Part shown: piece after piece, positions 38,736 to 51,316 of the stretch | Position numbering within the stretch: the stretch's first letter is position 1 | How the letters are laid out: each line of letters begins with the position of its first letter | NCBI GenBank assembly: GCA_040437565.1 | Contig: JBDOQK010000055.1 | Span: 124,011 to 188,000, forward strand | Direction of reading: 5' to 3' | Length of the DNA: 63,990 nucleotides | Origin: Albugo candida | Lineage: Eukaryota | Made by a program: the position numbers and the translations under genes | The notes under the pieces: model-generated | What the model saw: only the letters and a program-made list of their open reading frames with translations | Told to the model about the DNA's origin: nothing | Databases searched by the model: none

Positions 38736-39307
38736 ATGGAGCAATTGCTATCGCAGTTGCGTCAAGGTAAGCATGCACCCCATTCAAGTTCAACGCTAAG
38801 AGCTCACTTCAGAGGCTTCTCTGAGCGATGTGGTAAGACCCTTGAAGCTACAAAGTCTCAAGGCGAAACATGCCTTGTTGATGCACCCTCACAAAGCTCT
38901 ACACATCCGAATCGAGCGACTGGACGGCTCATCTATTGGTGAGATTTTGATCGAATGCTTTGGCGTCCACCAACAAAATGTAAATAGATATTGCTGTACC
39001 ACGAAAATGCTCTTTTTATCAGCTTCGACAGCTCATTCAGTCGAGATATGCGGAAGATGATAGAAAAAGTCACATTTCATGGTAAGCAAGCTTATTCATA
39101 TCTTTTGACGCAAACCAATTTAGCGCACATAGGCGATATATATGGAAGAGATATTCAATTCAAATGGATGCATCGGATCAATTTTCAGCATTATTTACAA
39201 AGTGCTCTGAAAAGATTGTCACAAAATTTGGTGTGAAAGAAGGAACGACTTTACACTTTGTACGATTGTGTAGAAATCAGAATGCGAAGCCGAAATTTTC
39301 GTTCTGA
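38736..39307 (+). CDS. SNRNP25: U11/U12 snRNP 25 kDa protein (ubiquitin-like fold), 4 exons
   Basis: Three GT-AG introns give MEQLLSQLRQEASLSDV...IERLDGSSIDIAVPRKCSFYQLRQLI...HISWRYIWKRY...KFGVKEGTTLHFV. The ISWxxxW and GxxxxxxLxF pattern is typical of SNRNP25. Confidence 0.75.
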
Positions 39308-39324
39308 GAGTGCATACTCTCTGC

Positions 39325-39631
39325 TCACGTTACTTCTTGGACGTATCCATCAGGCATTGCGTCTTCCTTGGCAACNNNNNNNNNNNNNNNNNNNNNNNNN
39401 NNNNNNNNNNNNNNNNNNNNNNNNNNNNNNNNNNNNNNNNNNNNNNNNNNNNNNNNNNNNNNNNNNNNNNNNNNNGCATATATGGATAGCGTATACGTAC
39501 GTTGTCGCGAGAAAATGTGTAAAGATGGTCGCGGCCGTATTGAGAATTTGTTTTGCTTCTTGGTTGACTACGGTTTTTTCAGGTAGCGATCTCTTCAGAA
39601 CTCTTGCTGTGATGCTACTTGGGTGTTCCAT
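39325..39631 (-). CDS. Histone-fold protein (POLE3/CHRAC17/NF-YB-like), middle lost in gap
   Basis: PSSITARVLKRSLPEKTVVNQEAKQILNTAATIFTHFLATT forms histone-fold helices 1-2. Likely C-terminus VAKEDAMPDGYVQEVT* lies beyond the gap. Confidence 0.65.
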
Positions 39632-42488
39632 TCTAATACAAGGGCCTGGACCTCTATAAAGCTGCTTAGAGTGACTGCCCAGTGATAGATGTTATTTCCT
39701 ACAATCAATCTAAATGCAGGATCCCAACCAGGATGTCGCTAATACAGATCAACGACTAATAGTCAAGAAAAGATCAATAAGTCTACTCTATTGATATGGA
39801 CTTATTTGAGAAAATCTTTTTTTAGAAATAGAGTGAGATTTGAGACTACTATCTCAGCATTCAAGCATGTCCTTTTCCACCAAGGTGAAAGATAAGCTAC
39901 AACTTTTAAATGTTGGCGATAATGATGTACTTGCTTTTACAACCAAAGGCAGGCAAAAGTTCGTCTGTCATGTATCCGACCTTGCTAGAATTCCGGGCAG
40001 AAAGAGCTGTAGCTTTATTAAATTGAGAATACTATTTTTTCGCTTCGTGTACGGATTGTGTTTCTCCTCAGATATCTTGGCTGCTGATCTTGATAATCCG
40101 ATCCTAGTTGACCTGATATGAACTCATAAAGACTAGCGACTACACTTAAAAATTGTAAAAGATGCCGTTCCCTATTATACTCTTAAGACTTACTTCACTT
40201 TCTCAACTTGGCTTAATGCCAAGTAAAGGTGCTTCACATATGAATTGTTTGGAATGGTAGCATCTTGATTTATTTCTCAAAAATCGATTGACGTGTGTGG
40301 CATACAACCGAAATGTAAGAATCACTGTGTTCATTATGGCAAAATTCCGGAAACTCTACTTTCGTCTTCATGGAAAAAGTGGAAATTCTCGTTTTAGTTT
40401 CATGAAATTTCAGCTCCACTAGCTACCACATTGATACGAATTGACGGCAATTTGTAATCAAACAGATGCTATAAGTGTATCATTCGGTGCTACCTGACGA
40501 AACATAAGTTCTGCGTTTACCATACCAGAGCTTACAGAAAATGTCCATTATCTTTCTCGCGTAGAGTGTGGTCAAAGCTCGGACGGATAAGGTGATTTCA
40601 TTTTTGCCCTGTATCTCTCTAATATCAGCTTTTTCCTATGTGAATAGCCCGGAAGAACAACAGGGAAAGGCGTAATACTTCACCGTGCAATCTTGCGACA
40701 CATGACGCTTTAGCCCAATCTATGCGAGCCATGCCAAGAATAGAGAAACCGATTCTTCAAAGTTTAGTACTTTGATTGGATTCTCCCAGAAAGGAGAGTA
40801 TCTCGACATTGCCGTTATGACTGCTTGCTTAGTTCTATGAGAGCTTAACAGTATGTGTCTGGCAATTATGGCTGTCTAGCTCTTCAATGATAGATTATAA
40901 GCAAATTTAAATTCAAAGAAAAGCAATTAGCACTGTATTATTTGAGATTTGAGCATTGTTCACTCGAAAGCAATGATGCGGCATCACATTACAACCACCG
41001 TTCCTTCAAATAAAAGAAGATGCAGTGGCACTATAAGTTGTCGGTAAATTGAGGAAAGCTCTACCGCTGGTATGATCTGTCCAGCACCATAGCCTAATTT
41101 ACAAAAGCTCATGTTGCCTCAACACACCGCGGCGAACATATCGATGGACTTGCGAGGGAGTCATAACTGCAAGGAATGTGGTCTCTCTCTTCTCCAATTA
41201 TTCACTGAATCTGAAGTAAAATAGAATGTCGTAACGAATCAATTGATATAAAAACAAATTTTATTGTTTTGAGCAGTATGTATTCTTGTTTGAAAGGCGC
41301 TTTATTTTGCATAACACTCAGCAAGCAAAAGCAAACGTACTCTACGGATCAACCGGGCCCTGGATCTTGGACTGTCTCCATAACGGGGCGTATATATTTC
41401 CAGGAGTTTGTAGTCGTAGGGAAACAATTCGAGAGAGTACAGGAACTGAAGATGATAGAGGGACAAAGTGTCGACATCATTGCGGCTGGGGGGGGCTTAG
41501 GAACTTTGTGAGAACTTCATATATGAAACGATCTGAATGGTCTTGGCTGATCAGATGCAACGACACAACGACATGCTCAATATATTGATTTACTGTCGTG
41601 TTACACTGTTTGAAAGATGGCTTCTTCTGAGTGCAGTCAATCATCGACTTCTTGAAGTTGTTTATTTTGGCATTAAGCGGCAAGCGATGACGAACTTGTG
41701 TCGGTAGAAATTTTAACGGTACAGCTTCGAAGTCCAGATGCTTTACTTCATCTGGCCATAGATTGCGTTCTGATTTAATCACTTCCAGATAATTTACTAG
41801 GAAGAGACCCGCAGGAATAAGTTTCAATTTGTAATGAATAATGAACCATCTGTTGGGTTTGAGGAGATCGGAAAAGCAGATAGCAGAATAAATCGTGTAG
41901 TCTGCGAGTGCAGACATTCAGGTGCCGAAGTTTGTGCTTTTTTTTCAGCTGGCAATTAGTCAAGTGTTACCATAGGGTAGTCTAAACTTTGTTAGCTTAG
42001 TCTTAGCCTCTACCCGGACCTTGGATGTGAAGGCATTTTTTGCGTCATCCTGGCCAAGGAGCATGTTACACGTGTTTTCATTATGTCTGAGTAAGAGCCA
42101 CCTGCTTTTAATTTAACAAGTCATGGTGGTCTGCGCTTGTCCCCGGTCGTATCACTTACGTCATCGACAAATGCTCGGCGAGCATGGTTGATGAGTCACA
42201 GATCCAAAAGTTGAACTAGAAATAATGTCGAATTTGCAACCCTCCTTTTTATGACTGTGCTGTAGAAAATGCCACCTTTCTTTTGCTTGCTACAGGTGCC
42301 ATGAATCATGCACAATCACTACAAATGTGTCTTTGCTGCATACTGGAATACGGGTATTATGAGCTTGCCGCTGCCACTGTTTCTAACAAGGTTGAGCTTA
42401 CTAGATCTGTCGATGTATTTGAAAACTGATAATCTTGATTATAAATTTTCATTTAACATGTTTCTTGGAAAATCTTATCAAATTGAAT

Positions 42489-45400
42489 GGGTGTTGATAT
42501 CCGACAACTTTTTTTTGAATTACAACATGCCTAGTTAGATTATTACTCACAACTTTTTCTTTTTTGCAAAATACATAAATGATTTTACATTGCTAAGTAA
42601 TTACATCCATACGCTTTCTAAATTGTTGCTCCAACAACTTCAATCGAGAATTATTTGTGATTGACCAACACACAGAACGTTTCAACTGTGATAGGCTAAT
42701 ACATGTGACAATTTCCATTTGACACATAGCATTTGAGCATCAGACACAGGGAAATTGTAGATGCAGCAATTGCGGAAAAATCGGCCATAACAAGCGGTCT
42801 TGCAGAATTCCGGTTACAATTCAGGACAAGCTTTATTAAAAAAATTGGACGCATTATAGCTCAACGAAATGGCAATGAATCGTATATTGATGATGAGTGC
42901 TTAGCTCAGTTGAAGGTATCTGTATCTACTAGAATTAGCCTTAGACGTAAATGACCTATTAGTTAGGAATGTCAAGTTAAATGTTTTTCAAAAAAGTTGT
43001 TGTGGGAGTAATAATTTAAGTAGGCATGACGTAATCCAAATTAAGAAATAAATGCAATTGAAAAAAAAGCTGTCGGGATATCAACACCCATCATTTATTG
43101 TGACAAAAAGTTGTGGGAGTAATAATTTGAGTAGGGCATGACGTGACCTAATTGAAAGTTGTCGGGATATCAATACCCATTATGTTGTGACAAAAAAGTT
43201 GTGGGAGTGATAATTCAAGTAGACATGATGTAATTTAAAGGAACCCGGTATAGCCGCACACACTTTTTGGTATAGCCGCAGCCCCTAGCTTATTTGAGAA
43301 CACCGGTATCGTTACACCCTCTAATATCCTTGATAAATGAGAACCGGTATCGACACACTCGCTTTTTTCAAATTCGCTATATGCACCTATTTACATTGCT
43401 ATAAGTACGCTAAAGTAAATACCCTGTCCTCACTATGCCAATTGCGTCACCCCCGGGACACACCTATGAGACCTATGAGATTGTGGAAGAGGCAGTACAA
43501 ACCTTTGCGTGGCAAGAAGGCTAACCAACAAAGAAAGGCCTCACAAAGGCCGAAGAGTACGGAAGTACCAGGAAGGTGTGGCTTGTTTGCATCCACGGTG
43601 GTCGTTACAAAATCAAAGGCACGAGGATCCGCCAAACATCAACGCGGCTTCTAATGTGCCCAAGGTTAGTCACCATTAGCGCCAACTGAGTCAAAATTCT
43701 GTTCAAGAATGGCGAGAGAGTGTGGTCGTTACAACTCACAATCATGAGGCAGCAGAGAATCTTGCAGCATTCCCAGAATCCAGGGTATTGAACCAGGTGC
43801 AGAAGCAGTAAATTCTGGACCTGACAAAAGGTGAAGCGCCTCCTCGGTTGATTTTGAGTACGATGAAGAGGTCTGATCCTGCTTTTCTTGCCACCGGGCA
43901 AGACATTTAGAATGTTCGAAAACGTGGACGAGTGGAGTTTCTCCTTGGTCGTAGCCCTCTTCAAGAATTGCTGGACACACTAGAGGAAAGTGCCATTAGG
44001 CATGAGCTTGATCGGGAACCCTTATCGGGTCAAATAACTCTCTTCTTGATTGCACCTAAGCCTTGCATCTCGACAGACAATGATTTTTCTTCGTGTAAAG
44101 TTCTTAAAGCAGATTAGACATACAAAACCAACAGGTGAGTAAAATGCTTTCCAATTAATCTTTCCCAACATCAACTAACAGCAGAAAAAATCTCCAGGTT
44201 TCAAATGCCATTGCTCCATGTCATGGTTGTGGCATGCACAAACCAGTCATATTCCCTTTGCTATGTTTTCTTGCGACACGAATCAGAAGATGATTACATT
44301 TGGGCACTTCGGCAAATGAGGATAGTTTTTTAAGATAGAATCACTGGTCCGATTGTCATTGTCACTGACAGAGAATTGGCATTGATGGCTGCAATCTCAC
44401 GGGTTCTACCAGAAGCGAAGAATCTGCTTTGCATATGGCATATTAATAAGAATGTCCTGGCAAACGCTAAAAAGCACTTTGCAAATGACGAAGACTGGAA
44501 CAAATTTTTCACAAAGTGGTACGGATTGTACTGCTCATCCACTGAACAGGATTTCGAANNNNNNNNNNNNNNNNNNNNNNNNNNNNNNNNNNNNNNNNNN
44601 NNNNNNNNNNNNNNNNNNNNNNNNNNNNNNNNNNNNNNNNNNNNNNNNNNNNNNNNNNGAGAATTGGCATTGATGGCTGCAATCTCACGGGTTCTACCAG
44701 AAGCGAAGAATCTGCTTTGCATATGGCATATTAATAAGAATGTCCTGGCAAACGCTAAAAAGCACTTTGCAAATGACGAAGACTGAAACGAATTTCTCAA
44801 AAAGTGGTACGGATTGTGCTTCTCATCCACTAAACAGGAGTTCGAAGGGAATTGGGTGCTCCTCAAAAAAATGCTATTGATGAGACTGGCTATGCGTATT
44901 TACATTCCACATGGATTCCGCACAAGGAAAAATTCATCCTTGCCTGGACCAAAAAAGTCAAGCATTTTCGGCATTTAGCTACATCTCGCGTTGAAGGCGG
45001 ACATGCAGCCTTGAAGAAATAGCTTGCAGTATCAACAGGGGAATTGGCAGAAGTTTATGACAAATTGGTTCTCGCAACTTAACAGCAGCGCCAAGGAATA
45101 AGTCAAAAAGTTGCATACTATCTTTCACACATTATCGTTCGCCTTAGTGGGAGCTTCTGAACAACTGTGAATAGAAAGATTTCACATTATGGATTGAATG
45201 AAGTATGTAACATTAGTGTATGTATATAGTTGTGTACAGTACTGGCAAGATATGCACTGACCATATTTTGTTTTCTATAGGTCTTCAAGCAGTACCAATA
45301 GGCACTATCGATGGAGAACAATGAAAAGTGCACTAGAACATTCACGAGCACTAAACGATTGGCGTGCTCTCATGCTATCAAAATGCTGCAAAAGACGGGG

Positions 45401-46031
45401 TCAATATTGCATGAAGCTCATTTTCATGAGCACTGGTGGCTTCAAAGGCCTGTACATCCCAAACTGCATCATGCAATGCCATTTCAGAAAAAACCAAGCT
45501 TTTCGGACATTATGAAAAAGTTGTAAGATTGTCATTTAGACCTGCCGCCACACAAGCAGCGCCTTTTTGAGCAGGACCTCGATTGCCTTGCATCTGTTCC
45601 AAGCCCAGGGTAAATGATGCTGCCACATTGGCGCCACGAGGACGGCCGAAAGGGTCAACGAGTATCAAACGAGATCTGTCCGCATTTGAGTACGTTGAGA
45701 GGGAGGGGCAGAAACTGCCAAAACGAAGATGCGGGGCCTGCAACCAAGAAGGTCACAGCAAGCGCCCATGTCCACAACCCAAAATTAACAAAACATATCT
45801 GTAATAATCCAGGGTGTGGCGATACGGTTTCCTAATTTAATTTTAAATTAGGGGATTTAGCGATTGTGCCGATACCGGTTCTCATTTATCAAGGATATTT
45901 AGAGGGTGTAACGATATCGGTGAAGTTAGGTATGTGGCTGTACCAAAAAAGGGTGTGTGGCTATACCGGGCTCCAATTTAAAATAAAAAATAAAAATGTA
46001 ATGAAAAAATGTTGTCGGGATATCAATATCC
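42489..46031. mobile_element. Non-autonomous TIR element (~600 bp core 42489-43089) with its right end tandemly reiterated. The last unit is split by the MULE
   Basis: GGGTGTTGATATCCGACAACTTTTTTT at 42489 is inverted at ~43061-43089, ~43155-43178 and ~46006-46031. The sub-repeat AAAAAGTTGTGGGAGTAATAATT.AGTAGGCATGA occurs three times direct and once inverted. Confidence 0.6.
43240..45974 (+). mobile_element. MULE/Mutator DNA transposon with a pseudogenised transposase
   Basis: TIRs of about 115 bp (GGAACCCGGTATAGCC... / ...GGCTATACCGGGCTCC) and flanking AATTTAAA duplication. Protein motifs TDRELALMAAI..LCIWHINKNV, TSRVEG, RGRPKGS and a CGACNQEGH zinc knuckle, with internal stops. Confidence 0.9.
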
Positions 46032-46249
46032 TTACATATATTCAATGTTGAAGGAAGGTAATCTTCGTCGTTGGAGCACTTCTTGTTGCATTTCTACTTT
46101 TGAAGAAGAAACCTATCGTTTCGATGATCCTCACAGGATAGTGTAATGCAAAGGAGTATATCTAGAAGAAGGTTAAACGGAACAAATGAGGCACCTGTTG
46201 ATATGGAAGTTCTTAAAAGCACTCACTTTCCATGCTCCCGCAAGGTAAG

Positions 46250-46427
46250 TGTTGTAAGTCCGCACTCACAAAGGCAGTTTCGCCGCTCTTCTTCACACGG
46301 CTCCCGTGTAGTGTATTACTCAGTGTCTTTTTATTGGGTGAAAACAGTCTACCTATCCCGCGTCCACTCCGTGTTATTCCGTAAACCCACCAAGTACTTA
46401 TACCCGGATTTCCTTCCGGACCCAACA
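46250..46427 (-). repeat. 3' LTR of the Gypsy element
   Basis: Direct repeat of 52009-52185, adjacent to the polypurine tract. Confidence 0.9.
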
Positions 46428-48713
46428 CTTCCTCCAAAAGATGACTTCAACTCGTTGATGATGGCTTTAATGACTGGTTTTCCTGGAGGCGAGATGCACA
46501 CGGCCGAAGCGCCGAGGGACATCTTCGTTCAATTGGGTAACGAAATCCCAATTGTTTTCACTTTCATCTAGACCAAGCCACTACACCAGCACGTCATGGC
46601 TGTGAGACTTCCTTTTCGGACGACAGGCGCGAAACTCTTTCATCACGTGACCTTAAGTATTGTGAGCTACATGAGCCAGCAGGTCACCTTCAACTTTCAA
46701 TTCTTGTCCGCATAAAGTTTCAGACGACTAGCATGGGCTTCGCGCTCCTCGCCAGTGATAAGATTTCGCACTGTAAAATTCCAGTTTGAGCTGGGTCGCG
46801 TCACTGTCGCGGGCACGTTCCAGCGAGCACGTCTTCCAGACTTCAGTGTACAAAACATAGTCACCAATACTGAATTGTGCCATTTTGAGTCCACTCCGAC
46901 CATTCCGACGAGCACGCTCCGCATTTCGACGCTGGTCGCACGTTGAAGGCATGGATTTGTGCATATTCACCACGCTATCCCGAAGGTCTTCGAATTCGAG
47001 GACTTGCAACTCCTGAATACGTTTTAACGTCATGGTCGGGAATGAACAGCTAGGTAACGTGATAGCCTTGGCTGGATTGCAGCGCCCCATCCCCGTCATT
47101 ACCTACACCGGCGCTTCACCTCCTATGAACGGCGACACAGACTGGTTTAGAACGTATTGCACCGAGAAAACCAGGCGTGGCCAGTCACGAAGTGGAATGC
47201 GTAATTCACTCGCGAGGGCACGAAAAACACGAAGGAGCTCTTTTTTTACCACTTCTTTTGCCCAAGGATAGCGTGCAGCCGTGAAGTGATGTTAGGCTCT
47301 TAGGGAATGTCGAAGGTCCTCGATCGTCGGATTTTTGAAATGTGATCCTTGATCGCTTACCAGCGGCTTTAAGCCACACATACTTCGAGGCTTCGTCTTT
47401 AGCCATTAGAATGTAGCGCTGTCTCGTAGTTGAATTCCCAATATACACATAGTCTCAGTGTAATGAATCGTTCGGCTTCGTACCATGGAGCCCTTCTCCA
47501 AGAACTCGAAGAACTGTTCCTTCCGTACCACTACAGTGAAAACATTGCCTTACAAACAGCTGAACATCTTGCTTCAATGTTTTTCAATTGTAAACTTCGG
47601 CCACATTGTGAGTCGTCACATCGACTACGCTATGGCAACCAATTCCAAGATGGGCCACGACACACAGTCTGACCTGAAGCTCGGACGCCTCGTCTGTGGT
47701 CCATATTTTCCCGGATTCCGTACGGTTCACGCCATCAGGCTGTTGACGTGGCTGCTTGCTGAGCTTTCACGATGCCACCAATGCTCGGCGATACAGATTT
47801 CGATTCCAAAGGTGGGTAGATCGCGCAGACTGTTTGCACGGGCGAGCCCCATATGATAGAATATCCGCCCAGATATTTTCTACTCCTGCGATGTCGTGAA
47901 TTTCATACTGATGTGCCATTAGAAAGATCGCCCACCGCTGCAACTTTTCGGCCGTATATTTCGGTACACCTGCGATGATACTATGAAGGTTGAATATATA
48001 CCTCAGCTTCCGATGATCAGTATTCAAATTGAATCCCCTTGGGCAGTGCATCAAGTAGTCGGCACGGCGAAACGTTTCCACAATCGTGTAGGCGTCTTTT
48101 TCCACAATTACTCACTTCATGTCAGCGCTACTGAAGGTGCCACTCAAAAACATTCAAAGACTGATGATCTTGATCGTCCAAGATTTTTTTATGTCTTCTT
48201 TCGGAACTTGAGTAATGACTGTCCCAAATGACGATCCGAGGCATCCGTGAACACGCAAAGCTGTTTGACTATGTCCAGGTGGGATAACTCCACTGATTTC
48301 GATAATGCCTACTTTGCAAGTTCGAGGCAGTGTTCTTCGTTTTCGGTCCAGCCTATTTTATCCATACTGACTCTCTTGACTTGGGAACTATTCAGAACTC
48401 CGGTTACCTTGTACGCTCGCTCCATGGCATCTGTTAGTGTTACCACTATGCGGTTGTAGCCTGAAATTGAAGAATGCATCCATCCCAAACCACACGAAAA
48501 CTGTTGTAACTCTTGCCAATTTGCTTGGGAGGAGAGATTTACCAAGGCAGAGATACGCTCCAGATCATGTTTCATACCATTTCCACTGAGAATGAGGCCG
48601 CACCATTTTGCTTCCTGCTGAAAAAAACTGCATTTGCTCGGGTTCAACTTCAAACGCTTCGTTTCGCATACTATGAGCGTTTTTTCCAATAATATCAGCA
48701 GCTTTGGCTCAGT

Positions 48714-49356
48714 TGAAGGTGCCCATATTACTTGAATTAGACTAAACTGACTTCTCTAGTTGCCTAGGCTAGCTTAAATAACATATATACATATAAGAAA
48801 CGTTTCGTGAAATACCTGTGGGAGTTGATATTATTTCCTCGTTGTTGCCTGCGGTGCGGTAGCGTTCACCACTACAGTACGAGAGTGTGTCCATTGTGTA
48901 ACGGATAAATGTTGAAAGTTGTAAAACTTGTGAAAAAATGGTCCAAAAGTACCGTGTGTTGGATAATGGTCCAAAAGTACCGTGGTTTGCAGACTGGTGT
49001 GCGCCACACTAGGCGGAACAATGCCATCCAACTAGGACTAGGATCTGAGTTGCACTTGCATTTTGACTTGTCTGTGTCGTACCCACAGTAATGATCCTCG
49101 GCTTCTGATAAACCCACCGNNNNNNNNNNNNNNNNNNNNNNNNNNNNNNNNNNNNNNNNNNNNNNNNNNNNNNNNNNNNNNNNNNNNNNNNNNNNNNNNN
49201 NNNNNNNNNNNNNNNNNNNACGCTAGCACCCTTGGTTGTGTCGATATGTCGACTTGGACCATTGTTTTCGAGAGGAAAGAGTTAAGAAGAGGAGGTTTTC
49301 GAGTTGTTTGGTACTAAATTGGCGGGTTACATAGTAGACGGCAAATGGAGAAGTGC
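48714..49356. mobile_element. Unclassified insertion nested in the Gypsy RT (centre hidden by gap)
   Basis: Flanked by a 16-bp duplication, GCAGCTTTGGCTCAGT (48698-48713 and 49357-49372). Removing it restores the RT sequence WLDDLLGYEITEPKLLILLEK. Confidence 0.7.
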
Positions 49357-51004
49357 GCAGCTTTGGCTCAGTGATTTCATATCCAAGTAGATCATCCAAC
49401 CATATTTTAGTTATCCCTTGTACTGAAGATTTGAAAACATTTCCTGAACAGTCGATTGACAGTAGGCTACACTTTCTGTGCCTCTCATAAGTACTCTTGT
49501 TGGGGTGTACACACCATATCCGTAAAAAAACTGAACCAATCCTGACAGCTTTCATCCAGTAGGAACTGCCAGTAGCCTTTGAAAAGTCCAATAAGAAGCA
49601 GACTTTTGAGCCTTGAAGGTGATCAAAACTCACTTCAATTATAGGCATGGGCCACAGTACTCACTCTGTCTGGGCATTTACCGCCCGCACGTTCACAGTC
49701 ATCCGAAATTTTGCAACACCTGGACTCCTCACAATGAGTGGGTGAGATGACCAATGGCTCGGTTGGTTCCTGTAACATAATCCTGCATCCACAGGTGCTC
49801 TCGCATAAATTGACGGTGCGCTGGCGGGTATCTGCGAGCCTTGCATTGTACCGTTTTTGCACCGTCCCTTGGACGCACTTTCAGAGGTGGCATGTCGATT
49901 GGTGGGTCATTTCCCAATCGCACTCGAAAACAATCCTGATACTTCAAGAGTATTATTTGTAGTTTACTGTCAAATCCGTCGCTTCATCCATTCACCTTCG
50001 CTTCTGCAACTTTGTTATTCAATACAAGCTGGACCTCTGAATGATCTTGTTCTTGATCTTCCGGAAACCAGCTCGTTTCTTCAGTTCTGACGAGAACTTG
50101 CTCCTCCTCCGTAAGATCGCCTTATTCATGCTGAATGCAAGCACCGACAATCTCATCTTGTAACTCGCCGTCGCTTTCAACGCGATCAAATTCCACATCG
50201 GGCATACGGAGCCTTTTGTGATGTAACATTTGGCTTGGATCTTAGCTTAATCGCCGGAGAACCTCCTTCCCTAGTAGGACCTGTACCAGTCCAATCGGCA
50301 AATTCTTTTCCGCAATACAGCAAGCCACATTCCTCAACGCCAAATATCCGGCGTCCGTCGCGGATTTAAAATTGAGCTTCACCACTTGATGTATTTTCGA
50401 CTTTTGCTTGGTGAAGCTCTGAATTGTAATCGGGTTCGCAAGACCTGGAATGGTCAGCCACACACCCTTTTGTCGAAGCTGGGCTATAAGCGATGGAGTA
50501 ACCACTGATTCTTCCGCACCACCGTCCGGAGTGATCACAACTTCGTGATCCTCTGCAGTCCATCCTAATATAGTCTCTTTTGGCTTCTCCGATACCACTG
50601 CAACAATCATTCGATTTCCGGGACTTGGCCTAATTCTTATCGAATACCTGCCTTGCTTCATCTGCTGTGACACTCGGGCATTGAAGCACTCCGTGGTCCT
50701 CTGAGACATACTTGTAGCATGCAAAGCGTGTGCCCGCTCCTTTTTTCTCGCCCTCGCTTTTCCACAACAGTTTTTCTGACCTCGGTTTTGATTTGGCAGC
50801 GTTTTGTTCCATCGCTCTATCTCCCAATACCTTGGAACGGCTATCGTCCGGTGAAAAGGACTCGAACTTGAGAAACTTTGCAGCTGTACCTTGATCCAAT
50901 TCAGGAAAAGCACTGTTGATCTTTTCATGGCCTTGTTTTGGCTTTTCTTGAGCTCTCTCTGAATTTCGCCGGACGCAGCGCTTTATTGAGATGAGCAATG
51001 CCAG

Positions 51005-51316
51005 ACTTCTCAATTCGCCGGCTACTACGTAACCCGCCAATTTAGTACCAAACAACTCGAAAACCTCCTCTTCTTAACTCTTTCCTCTCGAAAACAATGG
51101 TCCAAGTCGACATATCGACACAACCAAGGGTGCTAGCGTCCACTTGTAGTGACGTGGCAACCCTCATGAGTCACCCTATTTTGGGTGATTGCATGATTGT
51201 TGATTATTCATCAACCCTGTGTGATGACGTGGAAAGTACCCTCACCCCCAGTGTGACGGTACAGGGTAATACCGGTACTACCGGTGTCGGATGTGGTACC
51301 GGTGGTACATGCGGTA
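51005..51316. mobile_element. Second, inverted copy of the same insertion's end, in the gag region
   Basis: 51005-51139 is the near-identical reverse complement of 49220-49354. It continues into GTACC-rich sequence and then a gap. Confidence 0.65.

Noticed and set aside
41477..41917. 146-aa minus-strand ORF
   Set aside because: No recognisable motif or supported gene structure. It may be a relic, but it cannot be called.
42985..43235. Repeat array superficially like CRISPR
   Set aside because: The intervening sequences are homologous rather than unique spacers, the context is eukaryotic, there are no cas genes, and the units are TIR copies.
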